From Treponemataceae bacterium (GTDB taxonomy: Bacteria > Spirochaetota > Spirochaetia > Treponematales > Rectinemataceae): 64,000 nucleotides of DNA. Shown one piece after another: positions 1 through 9,514 of this stretch (positions are counted from its first letter, which is position 1; the number at the start of each line of letters is the position of its first letter). Below the pieces are notes generated by a model. That model was not told the DNA's origin and did not search any database. It saw only the letters and a list, made by a program, of their open reading frames with translations. The position numbers and the translations under genes are program-made. The stretch covers positions 1,200,553 through 1,264,552 of the forward strand of contig CAXXVZ010000005.1 of NCBI GenBank assembly GCA_963678065.2, in the 5' to 3' direction.

Positions 1-1
1 C

Positions 2-991
2 CTCCTTCGGGACACCAAGATCATCGCCGAAGCCTGGGACGCGGGCGGGGCCTACCAGGTCGGGTGGTTCCCCGGGAACCGCTGGGCGGAGTGGAACGAC
101 CGCTTCCGGGACGATGTCAGAAAATTCTGGCGCGGCGATCCGAAGAGCGTCACGCAGCTTGCCACGCGCCTCACCGGGTCGAGCGACCTCTATCTGCGCA
201 ACGATCGCAAGCCATTCCACTCCATCAACTTTGTCACCGCCCACGACGGATTCACGCTCAATGACCTGGTTTCCTATTCGCGCAAGCACAACGAGGCCAA
301 TGGCGAGAACAACCACGACGGCAGCGATTCCAACCTCAGCGCCAACTACGGCATCGAAGGGCCGGCGGCCAGTCCGGAAATCGAGAGACTGCGCAACCGG
401 CAGGTCAAAAATTTCCTGGCGACCATCCTCCTCTCCGCGGGGACGCCCATGATCCTCGGCGGCGACGAACTCAGGCGGACTCAGAAGGGAAACAACAACG
501 CGTATTGCCAGAACAACGAGATCAGCTGGTACGACTGGAGCTTTCTGCAGAAGCACGCGGACGTCCACCGCTTCTGCTCGGCCCTCATCGCTTTCCGGAA
601 GAGTCACCACGCATTGCGCAGGCCGGATTTCTTCAAAGGCACGGACGGCGACGACAACGCCATCCCCGACATAACCTGGTACGATGAAAGAGGGCTTCCG
701 CCCGACTGGTCTTCCGTCGACCTGCGGATAGCGGCGCTCATCGACGGTTCCCGGAATGACTGCTGCGGCGAGGTCGACGACAACCATTTCTATCTCGCCT
801 TCAACGCCTCGGCCGAAGGCTGTACTTTTGCCATCCCCAGGCTCCCCGATGGGAAAACCTGGCGCAGGGCCATCGATACCTCGCTCGAGGCGCCGGAGGA
901 CTGCGTCGAGCCGGGACGCGAAGCAACTCTCGAACCCTTCGACGCCTACCGGGTGGAAGGGAAATCGCTGGTTGTGCTCCTCTCCGGCTGA
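2..991 (+). CDS. glgX: Glycogen debranching enzyme/isoamylase (GH13), 5'-truncated by window edge
   Basis: Frame 2 is open from base 2: KIIAEAWDAGG.YQVG, WAEWND.FRDD, SINFVTAHDGFTLNDLVSY..KHNEANGE, GDE.RRTQKGNNNAYCQ. Confidence 0.95.
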   Translation, partial: LLRDTKIIAEAWDAGGAYQVGWFPGNRWAEWNDRFRDDVRKFWRGDPKSVTQLATRLTGSSDLYLRNDRKPFHSINFVTAHDGFTLNDLVSYSRKHNEANGENNHDGSDSNLSANYGIEGPAASPEIERLRNRQVKNFLATILLSAGTPMILGGDELRRTQKGNNNAYCQNNEISWYDWSFLQKHADVHRFCSALIAFRKSHHALRRPDFFKGTDGDDNAIPDITWYDERGLPPDWSSVDLRIAALIDGSRNDCCGEVDDNHFYLAFNASAEGCTFAIPRLPDGKTWRRAIDTSLEAPEDCVEPGREATLEPFDAYRVEGKSLVVLLSG

Positions 992-1045
992 GGCGGACAT
1001 GAGGATTTGCCAGGCCCTTATCCTGCATAGTACATTATTACTGCA

Positions 1046-1729
1046 ATGAGGAAAGAAACACGCGCGACAAACGACAGCGAATTCCGCAGGGGAAAGCGAG
1101 ATCTGGCCCGGCACCGTCCTGACCTGGCCATGATGCATTTTCGCGCTGTCGTCGAATCCACACCCGTGGAAGACACCAGGGCCTTCGTCGAAGCGATGTA
1201 CTGGCTTGCCGTTTCCTTTTTCAGGCTCGACAAGCCCGAGCTCGCGATAAAGACCCTCGCCTCGGCCCAACGGATACGCCGGAGAGGAGTCGTGCGGGAT
1301 GCCTACCTCGCCTGGGTGAACGGGTACGGCATGATCCGGCGCGGAAAGTCTGAGCTGGACGATTTCTATGCCTATTCCTCGCTGCAGATCGGCTCATACC
1401 TCGGCAAAAAACGGATGAAGCGCTTCGATTCCATGGAAGAGAAGGACATCGTCATGAGGATCGTGACGGACGCATGGAAGAGGCTCTGCGCTTCCGGAAT
1501 GCTCGAGGGGAAGTCCTGCAGCGAAAAACTGGGGCTTTTCAAGTCCCGCAAACCGATCTTCCCATCCTTCCGGCAGGGAGCCAGGGGTTCCGGTGCGCGG
1601 ATGCTGGCCGGGGAATTCGGCACCGCAGCCTGCCTGGAGAACGAAGCCCGCTGCGTCTGCGGTTCGGGTCTGCCATACTGCATGTGTTGCGGGCGCATTC
1701 CCGGCCTGAGGGAGTTGTCCGGTGGGTGA
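1046..1729 (+). CDS. Hypothetical protein with helical/TPR-like N-terminus and C-terminal SEC-C metal-binding motif
   Basis: C-terminal CVCGSGLPYCMCCG matches the SEC-C pattern CxCGSGxxYxxCCG. Confidence 0.7.
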   Translation: MRKETRATNDSEFRRGKRDLARHRPDLAMMHFRAVVESTPVEDTRAFVEAMYWLAVSFFRLDKPELAIKTLASAQRIRRRGVVRDAYLAWVNGYGMIRRGKSELDDFYAYSSLQIGSYLGKKRMKRFDSMEEKDIVMRIVTDAWKRLCASGMLEGKSCSEKLGLFKSRKPIFPSFRQGARGSGARMLAGEFGTAACLENEARCVCGSGLPYCMCCGRIPGLRELSGG

Positions 1730-2004
1730 AAAAGACACACAAATTCGCTCCCAGTTTTGTACTGTGTCGTTTTTATACAGGATTATTCCCGATTCCCCGC
1801 GATGTGGGGCTGGTTGTGGCTTTTCGACGCATTTTTATTATATTTAAGAATGTATATAGAATAGAAAGCTTGAAAGCCCGCACATGATCGTTATAGATAA
1901 ATATTTCTATGTCAATACTTTATAAAATTATCTCCAGCGGTGTTCTGTTTTTTACTGTTCTTGGCACGCAACGTGCAGGATGAATTGCATCCCAGGAGGA
2001 TGCA

Positions 2005-2877
2005 ATGACGAAGAAAAAAACGTTGAACACCAAGAGCGCCCTTAACGCAGACGATAATATTCTCTCGATGTACCTCAAGGAAATAAACCGCATTCCCCTC
2101 CTCTCCCGCAAAGAGGAAGACACATACGCCCGCGCCGCCGCGGCCGGCGACAAGCGCGCCAAAGACATGCTCGTGAAATCGAATCTCCGTTTCGTGGTCA
2201 ATGTCGCCAAGAAATACCAGAATCAGGGCATGCCCCTCGCGGATCTGATCTCCGAAGGAAATATCGGCCTCATCAACGCCATCGAGAAATACGATGTCGA
2301 CAAGGGCTACCATTTCATCTCCTACGCCGTCTGGTGGATACGCCAGGCCATTCTCAAGGCAATATGCGAGAAGTCGAGAGTCATCCGCCTGCCGCTCAAC
2401 AGGGCCAATGAGCTTGTCCAGATAGAGAAGGCGCGCAAGATGCTCGAGGGAGCCTACACCGAAGACGCCGAGATCCGCGAGATCGCCCGTTTCCTCGGCA
2501 TGGAACCCGAGCACGTCGCCGACCTCGTGGCCGTGAGCCGCGACCTCGTCTCGCTGGAGACGCCCGTCTTTGACGAGCGCGATTCCTCTGTCGTCGGCGA
2601 CTTCGTCGAGAACGACAGCTACGAGAGTCCCGAGTCCTTCGTCATCGAGTCAGGGCTCAAGGAAGATATCAACACCGTCCTCGAGACGCTGACCGCCAAG
2701 GAGAGGGAGGTCATCGAATACCGCTTCGGACTCAACGGCCGCAGAGCCATGAGCCTGAAGGAAATCGGAGACCGCTTCGACCTCACCAAGGAGCGCATCC
2801 GCCAGATCGAGAAGAACGCCCTGCGCAAGCTGAGCGTGCCCGAGACGATGGATATCCTCGAGACCTACGTGGCCTGA
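2005..2877 (+). CDS. RNA polymerase sigma-70 factor, RpoD/SigA-like, lacking region 1.1
   Basis: YLKEI..IPLL, SNLRFVVNVAKKY, DLISEGNIGL, FISYAVWWIRQAI, SLKEIG.RF.LTKERIRQIE; SD AGGAGG. Confidence 0.95.
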   Translation: MTKKKTLNTKSALNADDNILSMYLKEINRIPLLSRKEEDTYARAAAAGDKRAKDMLVKSNLRFVVNVAKKYQNQGMPLADLISEGNIGLINAIEKYDVDKGYHFISYAVWWIRQAILKAICEKSRVIRLPLNRANELVQIEKARKMLEGAYTEDAEIREIARFLGMEPEHVADLVAVSRDLVSLETPVFDERDSSVVGDFVENDSYESPESFVIESGLKEDINTVLETLTAKEREVIEYRFGLNGRRAMSLKEIGDRFDLTKERIRQIEKNALRKLSVPETMDILETYVA

Positions 2878-2927
2878 TCCGCAACGTTCTTTTTGAGTGC
2901 AAGCCCGACATCGCGCGGGCCAATAGG

Positions 2928-2964
2928 AAAAGGCTCCGGAACCGGATGGTTCCGGAGCCTTTTT
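2928..2964. terminator. Bidirectional intrinsic terminator between the sigma gene and the convergent pmbA-like gene
   Basis: AAAAGGCTCCGGAACC-GGAT-GGTTCCGGAGCCTTTTT, a perfect stem with A and T tails; second hairpin at 3009-3039. Confidence 0.85.
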
Positions 2965-3062
2965 GCGTTCGGGGCGAATGGCCGGTATCGCGGGATCGCC
3001 TTTCAGGCATCGCCTACCGGGCGCCGCCCGATAGGCGATACGCTTCGGGCGGGAGCCGGGCG

Positions 3063-4493
3063 CTACTCGGCGCCGGTCACCGAGGTGGAGAAGAGCATGA
3101 CGGCGGCGGGGCAGAGCGAGCGCGTCGAGAGCGCCCGTTCGGAGGAACGCAGCATGGCCGCCCGGTTGGCCATGAGGCTGCCGGTGATCGAGCCTCCGGT
3201 GACAGGGATTCTCTGTGTTCCGTCAAAGTACCAAGCGAGCCGGACTTCCGCGCCGAAGGAGCCGCTCTGCGGGTCGAGCTGGAAATCGGAGAAGAGGAGG
3301 GGCTCGAGGTAGGGCTTGCGGTGCATGATCTCAAGGCTCTGCGCGCCGGGGCTCGCGCTGAAGAGTGGCGCGGCGCCGATAGCTTCGAGGCCGAGCCTCG
3401 CGGCGTAGCGTGCGGGGCCGTGGAGGGCCACGATGACTCCTTCCCGGATGATCGGACTGGACGCGATCGGAAAACCCTCCATGTCGAATCCGGCGGACTG
3501 CGGAAGACCCGGTATGTACGCCTCGGCGACTGTGTCGAGAGGTTCCGTCACCGCGGTCTCCCCCTGGACGGCAGAGCCGATTTTGAAGGGCGAGGCCGCG
3601 GTGTAAACCGCGTCGGCTCGGGCGTTGTCGTGGAACCATCCGAGAATGGCTTCCGCGTTTTCACCGCGCAGGATGACCGGGATGTCTTTGAGCCCCGGCA
3701 TGGGGAGGGCGCGGGCCCGCTCTGCGACGAGGCCAAGGTAGGTTTCAGTTTCGGCCGAGAGTCTGGCGAGATCCGGCTCGCCGAAGGCGATGTTGTCGTA
3801 GAGCTCGACCTTGCCGGCCGGCCCCTCGGCCTGGACTATGAACTCGCACTCCCCCCACCACTGAACGAAGGCGGCGTCACAGCCGCGCGAGTTCACGATT
3901 CGCGTCTCCGTCCGGGTCAGGAAGAGTTCGAGGGAGTTGATCTGCGCCGCGGACCCGGAGCTCGCCTGGGCAGCCTGTCGCGCCGGGAACGCAGGTGCGG
4001 CGTGGTCCGGGTGCCGTGCGGAGTCCGGGGCTCCGGCGCAGTCCGGGGAAAAGAGCGCGCGGGCGAGGTTGTCCATGTGCCCTTCGATGTCGCCCTGTTC
4101 GAAGCCCGAGGCCGGGATGGCGCAGCGCGCCTTGGCCGGGCCGGGAATGTCGAAGTGCGGCGTGCGCGACTTGGATGCGGCGAAGGCGGTCCTGGCGAGG
4201 AGCTGCCGGATTTCTTCCGGGGCTTGCGTCGGATGCACCGTGACAGTGGCCTCGCCGCGGTACAGGGTGCCCTCGCATGCGGAATCCATGTAGACCGTCA
4301 CCTTGTACTCCGCAAGGTCGAGGGCGCGTTTCTGGTCCAGAGCCTTCCTGATGTAAAAACGCTGCCTGCCGGTTTTCTTCGTCGCGACAATCCGCCAGTC
4401 GGATATGGCGCCCGTGAGCGTCCCGCCGGAGCCGGAATTGCCGGAGTCGGCATGGAGGTCCTTCAGTTCCGCGATTATAGTATCGATCATCAT
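3063..4493 (-). CDS. PmbA/TldE-like metallopeptidase partner subunit
   Basis: FDMEGFP..II.EGV, FSDFQLDP.SGSFGAEVRLA, PVTGGSITG; no HExxxH; coupled to the tldD-like gene. Confidence 0.8.
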   Translation of the reverse strand: MMIDTIIAELKDLHADSGNSGSGGTLTGAISDWRIVATKKTGRQRFYIRKALDQKRALDLAEYKVTVYMDSACEGTLYRGEATVTVHPTQAPEEIRQLLARTAFAASKSRTPHFDIPGPAKARCAIPASGFEQGDIEGHMDNLARALFSPDCAGAPDSARHPDHAAPAFPARQAAQASSGSAAQINSLELFLTRTETRIVNSRGCDAAFVQWWGECEFIVQAEGPAGKVELYDNIAFGEPDLARLSAETETYLGLVAERARALPMPGLKDIPVILRGENAEAILGWFHDNARADAVYTAASPFKIGSAVQGETAVTEPLDTVAEAYIPGLPQSAGFDMEGFPIASSPIIREGVIVALHGPARYAARLGLEAIGAAPLFSASPGAQSLEIMHRKPYLEPLLFSDFQLDPQSGSFGAEVRLAWYFDGTQRIPVTGGSITGSLMANRAAMLRSSERALSTRSLCPAAVMLFSTSVTGAE

Positions 4494-5938
4494 CCCAACC
4501 TCATTTTCGTTCTGACATAGGGCCCGCCCGAAGAAACCTTGACATATTCCTTGTACCCTTTCCCGCAGGCTCCCGATCCGGAAAGCGCGAAATCGGGGGA
4601 GACCATGTCGATGGCACAGAGCACGTCAGGAACATAACCAGAGCAGACGACCGGGCTCGCGACGCGGCCCGTAAAGGTCCCGTCCCTTATTTCCCTTCCG
4701 ACAAGGCAGACGAGCTGGACGCCCCAGTTTTTCGGATCTTCCATGCCTGCGGTGAGGTGGTCGAGGAGCCAACCATTTTTTGTCGAAGCGATCATCGCGT
4801 CGAGAGGAGTCGTGCCGGGCGTGAAATACGTGTTGGTCATGCGCGCGTAGGCCTTGTGGTCGAAGGCCTGGCGGCGGCCGTTGCCGGTCAGAGGTATGCC
4901 GAGGGCGGAGGCCGAGAGCGCGTCGGAGAGGCCGCTCACGAGGATGCCGTCGTCGATGACGAGAGTCCTGCCGCCGAAAGTGCCCTCGTCGTCGAAGAGG
5001 AAGGAGCCAGTCTGGTCGACTTCTTCGGCGCCGTCGTACATCCGGACCAGGTCCGAACCCACGCGCGCGCCGATGTATTCGGCGGCCTTGGCCCTCCCTT
5101 TGTGAAACATGTCCGTCTCGACGCCGTGCCCGAAGGCCTCGTGCGCGAGGGTTCCCGACATGTCGGGGCTCAGAATCACCTCGTACTCGCCGGGTTCGAT
5201 GGGGACTGCGTCGAGGAGGGCCGCGAGGTCCGAGGCGAGACTCTCTGTCTCGCCTTCGAGGTCGGCGAGTATTTCGAGCCCTTTCCGGCCGGAGACAGCC
5301 TTGTAAAGGCGTTTGGAGTTGACGCCGCGGCGCGCCAGACCGAAGAGGTAGGCCTGGGACCATATGAAGCTCTGCATGAGGTGCCTGTTCGGCGAGACGA
5401 AGAGGCGGTTGACGTCGACGAACTCGAGGCGGGAATGGGCCATCGCTATTTCCGGCCGTGAGGCCAGGTTTTTCCTCAGGACTTCGAGGCGGCCGAGAAT
5501 GGTTTCGGGGTCGGCCTCGAAAGGATCCTCAACGGCTTCTCCCGCGTATTCCGCCCGCGCAGGGAGGTCCGGCAGGACGGGGTAGGTCGAAAAGGGCCAA
5601 GGCTCTTCCCCCGGACGCGCGGCGACGGGTTCGGCCAGAAGGGATTCGAGCCGGGACAGGACAAGGGCGGCGACTTCGTCGTTGCGGGCGGAAAGCTCGT
5701 TGCAGGCGTATTCGGCGACGCGGCCACCTTTCTGGGCGCGGAAGACGAAGCCCCGCTGGACCCACATGGGCTCGCTGACCTTGGTTTCGCCCGGAGTGGC
5801 GGCGAAATTGATGCCGCGGTCGTCGGTTCCGAGCACGGAAAGGTAGTCGAAAGAACCATCCGCGGCCACGCGGTTTACGATCTCCGGGAGACGCTCTCCC
5901 GAAGCGAGCAGGAACGAGCTTGGAATGCGTTTTTTCAT
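4490..5938 (-). CDS. tldD: TldD family metalloprotease
   Basis: HEAFGHGVE (HExxxH), FDDEG, TGNGRR, RMTNTY, GACGKG; start taken at MKKRIP. Confidence 0.88.
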   Translation of the reverse strand: MKKRIPSSFLLASGERLPEIVNRVAADGSFDYLSVLGTDDRGINFAATPGETKVSEPMWVQRGFVFRAQKGGRVAEYACNELSARNDEVAALVLSRLESLLAEPVAARPGEEPWPFSTYPVLPDLPARAEYAGEAVEDPFEADPETILGRLEVLRKNLASRPEIAMAHSRLEFVDVNRLFVSPNRHLMQSFIWSQAYLFGLARRGVNSKRLYKAVSGRKGLEILADLEGETESLASDLAALLDAVPIEPGEYEVILSPDMSGTLAHEAFGHGVETDMFHKGRAKAAEYIGARVGSDLVRMYDGAEEVDQTGSFLFDDEGTFGGRTLVIDDGILVSGLSDALSASALGIPLTGNGRRQAFDHKAYARMTNTYFTPGTTPLDAMIASTKNGWLLDHLTAGMEDPKNWGVQLVCLVGREIRDGTFTGRVASPVVCSGYVPDVLCAIDMVSPDFALSGSGACGKGYKEYVKVSSGGPYVRTKMRLG

Positions 5939-6123
5939 GAATCTTCCTCGTGAGCGATGCTGAAGTGTAGGTCGGTTTGCGGGCTTTCGCAAGCGGAGCC
6001 GCGATCACGGGAGGCGATGTCGTGGCCAGATCGGGGGCATCGGCTCTATACGGTCCACTCTGCGCGATGACCCATTCCGCGAGAGGTCGACAGTCTTCTA
6101 TTTGAAAAGCTTTATATTGCGTC

Positions 6124-6152
6124 TTGTCTGTATGAAGAAAGTGGTTTATAAC
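6124..6152 (+). promoter_or_regulatory. Sigma-70-type promoter of the 6187 gene
   Basis: TTGTCT-N17-TATAAC in AT-rich DNA, followed by SD AAGGAGG. Confidence 0.55.
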
Positions 6153-6186
6153 ACAATATTGATACTAATCCCACAAGGAGGACTCT

Positions 6187-6894
6187 ATGAAAAAGAGTCT
6201 TTTTCTCGTCGCGATAATCGCGCTCGCAGGAATGAGTTTTGTCCAGGCTGCAGATCTGCAGATTGAAACGCAGGTCAACGTCGCCGCCCCGGACGACGCC
6301 AACAACTATGCAACCTTCATCGGGCCCGTCGGCGCGGTAACCAAGGACCAGTTTGTCGCGGTAGACGCCGTTTCCGGCGCTTCCAAGCTGAAAGGGACCG
6401 AACTCTTCAACAAGTACCGCCTCGATGTCCAGAACAAGGCGACCATCCCCGGCGGGCTCCGTGGAATCTTCCTGTACGGCATCGCCGGCAACGCCACTCG
6501 CCTGAGCGATGGGCTCACCGTCCTGAAAGCCGCCGACGGGACCATCGTGATCCGCACCGTACATCGCGGGACGGCCTACGAGGTTTCCACGGATACATCC
6601 GGAATCCTCGCCCTCCCCACGAACTCCATCATGTCGAGGAAAATAGGCCACACCGACAACCAGATTTCCACCGATTTCTCCACCACCGGCAAGGTCGCCG
6701 ATGTCGCCTGGGTGAAGGTCTGGGACGCATCGATCGCGGACGGGAAAGTCGTCGGAACCACGAGCTCCAAGACCGGAAAGATCGCCCCCGATCTCGCCAA
6801 TTCCAATTTGTTCTATTATCAGGGAAACCTCCAGGTTACCTTCGAGAACAACATTCTGAAGATCAAGGGTTCTCTCGACGCGAAGAAGAAGTAA
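6187..6894 (+). CDS. Secreted/periplasmic hypothetical protein with candidate flavinylation motif DAVSGAS
   Basis: Signal peptide MKKSLFLVAIIALAGMSFVQA; strong SD; own promoter and terminator. Confidence 0.85.
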   Translation: MKKSLFLVAIIALAGMSFVQAADLQIETQVNVAAPDDANNYATFIGPVGAVTKDQFVAVDAVSGASKLKGTELFNKYRLDVQNKATIPGGLRGIFLYGIAGNATRLSDGLTVLKAADGTIVIRTVHRGTAYEVSTDTSGILALPTNSIMSRKIGHTDNQISTDFSTTGKVADVAWVKVWDASIADGKVVGTTSSKTGKIAPDLANSNLFYYQGNLQVTFENNILKIKGSLDAKKK

Positions 6895-6928
6895 TTCCGT
6901 TTACGCCTCCACGAGGCGCACAGGGAGG

Positions 6929-6966
6929 AAGGCCGCCGGAGCAGAACGCTCCGGCGGCCTTTTTTT
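6929..6966 (+). terminator. Intrinsic terminator
   Basis: AAGGCCGCCGGAGC-AGAAC-GCTCCGGCGGCC followed by T7. Confidence 0.9.
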
Positions 6967-7079
6967 CGACCTGCAATGCAAAGCTGCCCCGCGCTGCGAT
7001 TCGCTTCGCCGCCACGAACTTCGGGCGGGGGCGAGAAATTGAATTTGACTATTTGAACATTCGATACAATAATTTAAAT

Positions 7080-7661
7080 ATGCCGAGAAACGACACCCGA
7101 AAATCCATCCTTGATACCGCGCGCCTCCTGTTCGCGGAGAAAGGTCCGCGGAACACCACACTGGATGACATAGCCCGGAAAATGCACCGGACAAAGACCT
7201 TCCTGTACCACTATTTCGAATCCAAGGATGAACTCCTGCACAGCCTGATCGATGTCGAGGGAGAAGAGTATGAACGAGAGGTGCGGATGGCGGTCGACGG
7301 GGAACACACGGGAGAAACGAAGCTCCGCTCGTATGTGACGACGCGGTTCGGAATTTTCAACCGCATCGGCGCATTCTACTGGACATCGCGGGAACGCTAT
7401 CTGGAACAGTACGCGCTTATCGAGAGCGCGAGGGAAAAATTCGATCTGTTCGAAATCCAGCTCGTGGCGTCGATCCTGTCCGAAGGCGTGATTCGGGGAG
7501 AATTCGATATCCCCGATGTGGCGCTTGTCGCACGGGCCTTCATCATCGCGCTGAAGGGATTCGAGGTGGAATCGACGACTCAGGGCGACGCGAGTCATGA
7601 AAAGACATTCGACGCGCTTCTGACGATCTTTTTCCATGGAATCGAGGTGCGCGCGAAGTAG
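7080..7661 (+). CDS. TetR/AcrR family transcriptional regulator
   Basis: ILDTARLLFAEKG...TTLDDIA......LYHYFESKDEL HTH. Confidence 0.92.
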   Translation: MPRNDTRKSILDTARLLFAEKGPRNTTLDDIARKMHRTKTFLYHYFESKDELLHSLIDVEGEEYEREVRMAVDGEHTGETKLRSYVTTRFGIFNRIGAFYWTSRERYLEQYALIESAREKFDLFEIQLVASILSEGVIRGEFDIPDVALVARAFIIALKGFEVESTTQGDASHEKTFDALLTIFFHGIEVRAK

Positions 7662-7789
7662 ATCGGCGGCTGGAAACCCACAGAGCGCAGGTTCCGGATG
7701 GATGAACGTACCGCCTCGTGATCCAAGGATCGAGGCCGCGAGAATTTCCGGGGCGCTTGGGTCGTCGGATTCGGAAGGAGGCATGATGG

Positions 7790-8602
7790 ATGAAGCGAAA
7801 CGGAAAAGCGATCATCGCAAGCCTTTTCGGGGTGCTTTTGTTTGGAGTGGGAGCGGTCGAGCAGAAAGGCGTCGATGAGGAAACGATCAATCGCGTCGAC
7901 AGTGAATATGAGCGCGCTCTGCGGGAGAACTATCGTCCGGAGGGGCTCTTTCTCATGAAGGAATCGCTTGATGCGTGCACGAAGAACCTCGACGCAAATC
8001 CGGCATGCTATGACCTTCTGTGGAGGAGCGCGAGGTCGGCCGTCGAGCTGGGGGAGGCTGCGAAGATCCTGCAGACCCGAGACTGGAAAAAGCTCTGCGG
8101 TTCTATGGCCCGGAAGGGGATCGAGTGGACGGATGCGGCAAAACGCGGCTCTCCCGACAGAGTGGAAGGGTATTTCTGGCAGCTCAAGGCCATGGATCTC
8201 ATATACGACGCGGAAGGCATGCTTTCGTTCATCGCGATGGGACTCGTCCCGAAGAGTAGGCAGAATCTGAGTGCCTGCTATGCGATCGACCGGTCCTATA
8301 TGGACTATACTCCTGTTCTTGCCACGGCGCTTTATTACTATAAAATACCACCTGTTTTCGGGCAGGATATCGCCAAGGCGCTTGTGTACTACGAAGAGTA
8401 TGCGTCCCTTTCGCGGTGGAGCTTCGAGTCATACCGGCAGTATCCCGACGCCGCGGAGATGCTCTTGAGCACCAAGTCGGAAAAAAACACCGAGCGTGCA
8501 CGGACCCTGCTCCTCGCGGCCTTGGCCGATCCGACGCCGCGACCCTTCTACCTCGAACGGACCAAAACTCTCCTTGCCAGGCTGGAGCGATCTTCGCATT
8601 GA
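7790..8602 (+). CDS. Exported alpha-helical TPR-like protein (TatT-like fold possible)
   Basis: Hydrophobic N-terminal signal; LLWRSARS, EGYFW, ALYYYKIP.VFG.D..KA helical-repeat pattern; SD AGGAGG. Confidence 0.6.
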   Translation: MKRNGKAIIASLFGVLLFGVGAVEQKGVDEETINRVDSEYERALRENYRPEGLFLMKESLDACTKNLDANPACYDLLWRSARSAVELGEAAKILQTRDWKKLCGSMARKGIEWTDAAKRGSPDRVEGYFWQLKAMDLIYDAEGMLSFIAMGLVPKSRQNLSACYAIDRSYMDYTPVLATALYYYKIPPVFGQDIAKALVYYEEYASLSRWSFESYRQYPDAAEMLLSTKSEKNTERARTLLLAALADPTPRPFYLERTKTLLARLERSSH

Positions 8603-8703
8603 GCCAAGGGTAAGATCATATGGGGATCGACGATGGGTGAAGCGGTTTGAATGTGCCGCTTGCGCGATTCTGGCTCGAACCCTGCGGTTCGCCTTCCGGG
8701 GGC

Positions 8704-8740
8704 AAAAAACAAAACAGCCCCAGTCATGGACTGGAGCTGT
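8704..8740 (-). terminator. Intrinsic terminator downstream of tRNA-Gly
   Basis: Minus strand ACAGCTCCAGTC-CAT-GACTGGGGCTGT followed by TTTGTTTTTT. Confidence 0.8.
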
Positions 8741-8745
8741 CGGTG

Positions 8746-8816
8746 AGCGGCCGACGGGAGTCGAACCCGCTTCTCGAGCTTGGGAAGCTCGGGTAATACC
8801 GGTATACGACGGCCGC
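8746..8816 (-). tRNA. tRNA-Gly (anticodon CCC); CCA end not encoded
   Basis: Minus strand GCGGCCG acceptor stem pairs with CGGCCGC; anticodon arm CGAGC-TTCCCAA-GCTCG; T arm GCGGG-TTCGACT-CCCGT; discriminator U. Confidence 0.95.
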
Positions 8817-8868
8817 ATTTCTGTGATTCGGCGCATGTACGGTGGAAGCCGGACATGCGAACGAAAAT

Positions 8869-8897
8869 ACTATAGCCGGCGGCCGGCGAGTCGTCAA
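8869..8897 (-). promoter_or_regulatory. Sigma-70 promoter for tRNA-Gly
   Basis: TTGACG-N17-TATAGT on the minus strand, about 50 nt upstream of the tRNA. Confidence 0.7.
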
Positions 8898-8945
8898 GAT
8901 GTGACGCAAAGCCGGGGTGCGGCAGCACGGAGGGGGCTCCGGCAT

Positions 8946-8987
8946 CGGCTGGACCCCGAAAGGATGATGCCTTTCCGGGTCCAGCCG
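8946..8987. terminator. 18-bp stem-loop downstream of the thioesterase gene (no U-tract)
   Basis: CGGCTGGACCCCGAAAGG-ATGATG-CCTTTCCGGGTCCAGCCG, one mismatch. Confidence 0.5.
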
Positions 8988-9026
8988 GGATGGTAAAAAT
9001 GGGCGAGTATCAGTACCTCCGAAGCA

Positions 9027-9458
9027 TCAGCGGCCGTTGTTGAGGATGGCGTTGCGCTGTTTGACTTTTTCCATGAGGCCATCGCGTTTGACCATGACGC
9101 GCTCGTGGGTTCCGGTTCCAATAGTGCCAAGTTCGTCGAAGGCTTCGATCTTGAAGCTGAAATGGTTTCCACGAATTTCGGTCAGGGTCGCCCGGACACT
9201 GATCTTCATGCCGAGGGAGCTCGGGGCGAGGTGGCTGAACGACATGGCGGTTCCCACTGTGATGAAGCCGTCGCCGTAGGGGAAGTTCGGCTTCAGGACT
9301 TTGATGGCCGCCCGGATCATGAGATCGACGTAGGTCGGCGTCGCGAGCAGGGTATCGAGGGAATCCAGGCCCATTTCTCTGGCTGTATCGGATTCTTCGA
9401 TCTTCTTCTGGACCACCGCGCTCGCCCCGACTTGCAGACCGGGAATTAGTTCGCTCAT
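9027..9458 (-). CDS. Hot-dog thioesterase, FlK (fluoroacetyl-CoA thioesterase)-like
   Basis: LLATP, TVGT...F.HLAPS.LG, F.IEAFDE.G.IGTG.HER; SD AAGGGAG. Confidence 0.85.
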   Translation of the reverse strand: MSELIPGLQVGASAVVQKKIEESDTAREMGLDSLDTLLATPTYVDLMIRAAIKVLKPNFPYGDGFITVGTAMSFSHLAPSSLGMKISVRATLTEIRGNHFSFKIEAFDELGTIGTGTHERVMVKRDGLMEKVKQRNAILNNGR

Positions 9459-9514
9459 GGTTTCTCCCTTGTAGCCTTGTAAGTATGGCATCAATTCTAC
9501 ATCGGTATACCCGA

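Noticed and set aside
2946..4520. Long antisense or alternative-frame ORFs (also 11707-13323, 27954-29591, 33243-35105, 46824-48602, 51562-53184, 62020-63489)
   Set aside because: They are shadows of well-supported genes in high-GC DNA and show no recognisable motifs.
3063..5938. TldD/PmbA as part of a RiPP cluster
   Set aside because: No precursor peptide, YcaO or radical SAM gene nearby; the pair is commonly stand-alone.
7000..8746. Lower-GC tetR/TPR segment at the 3' side of tRNA-Gly as an integrated island
   Set aside because: No integrase and no duplicated tRNA 3' end (att site) found.
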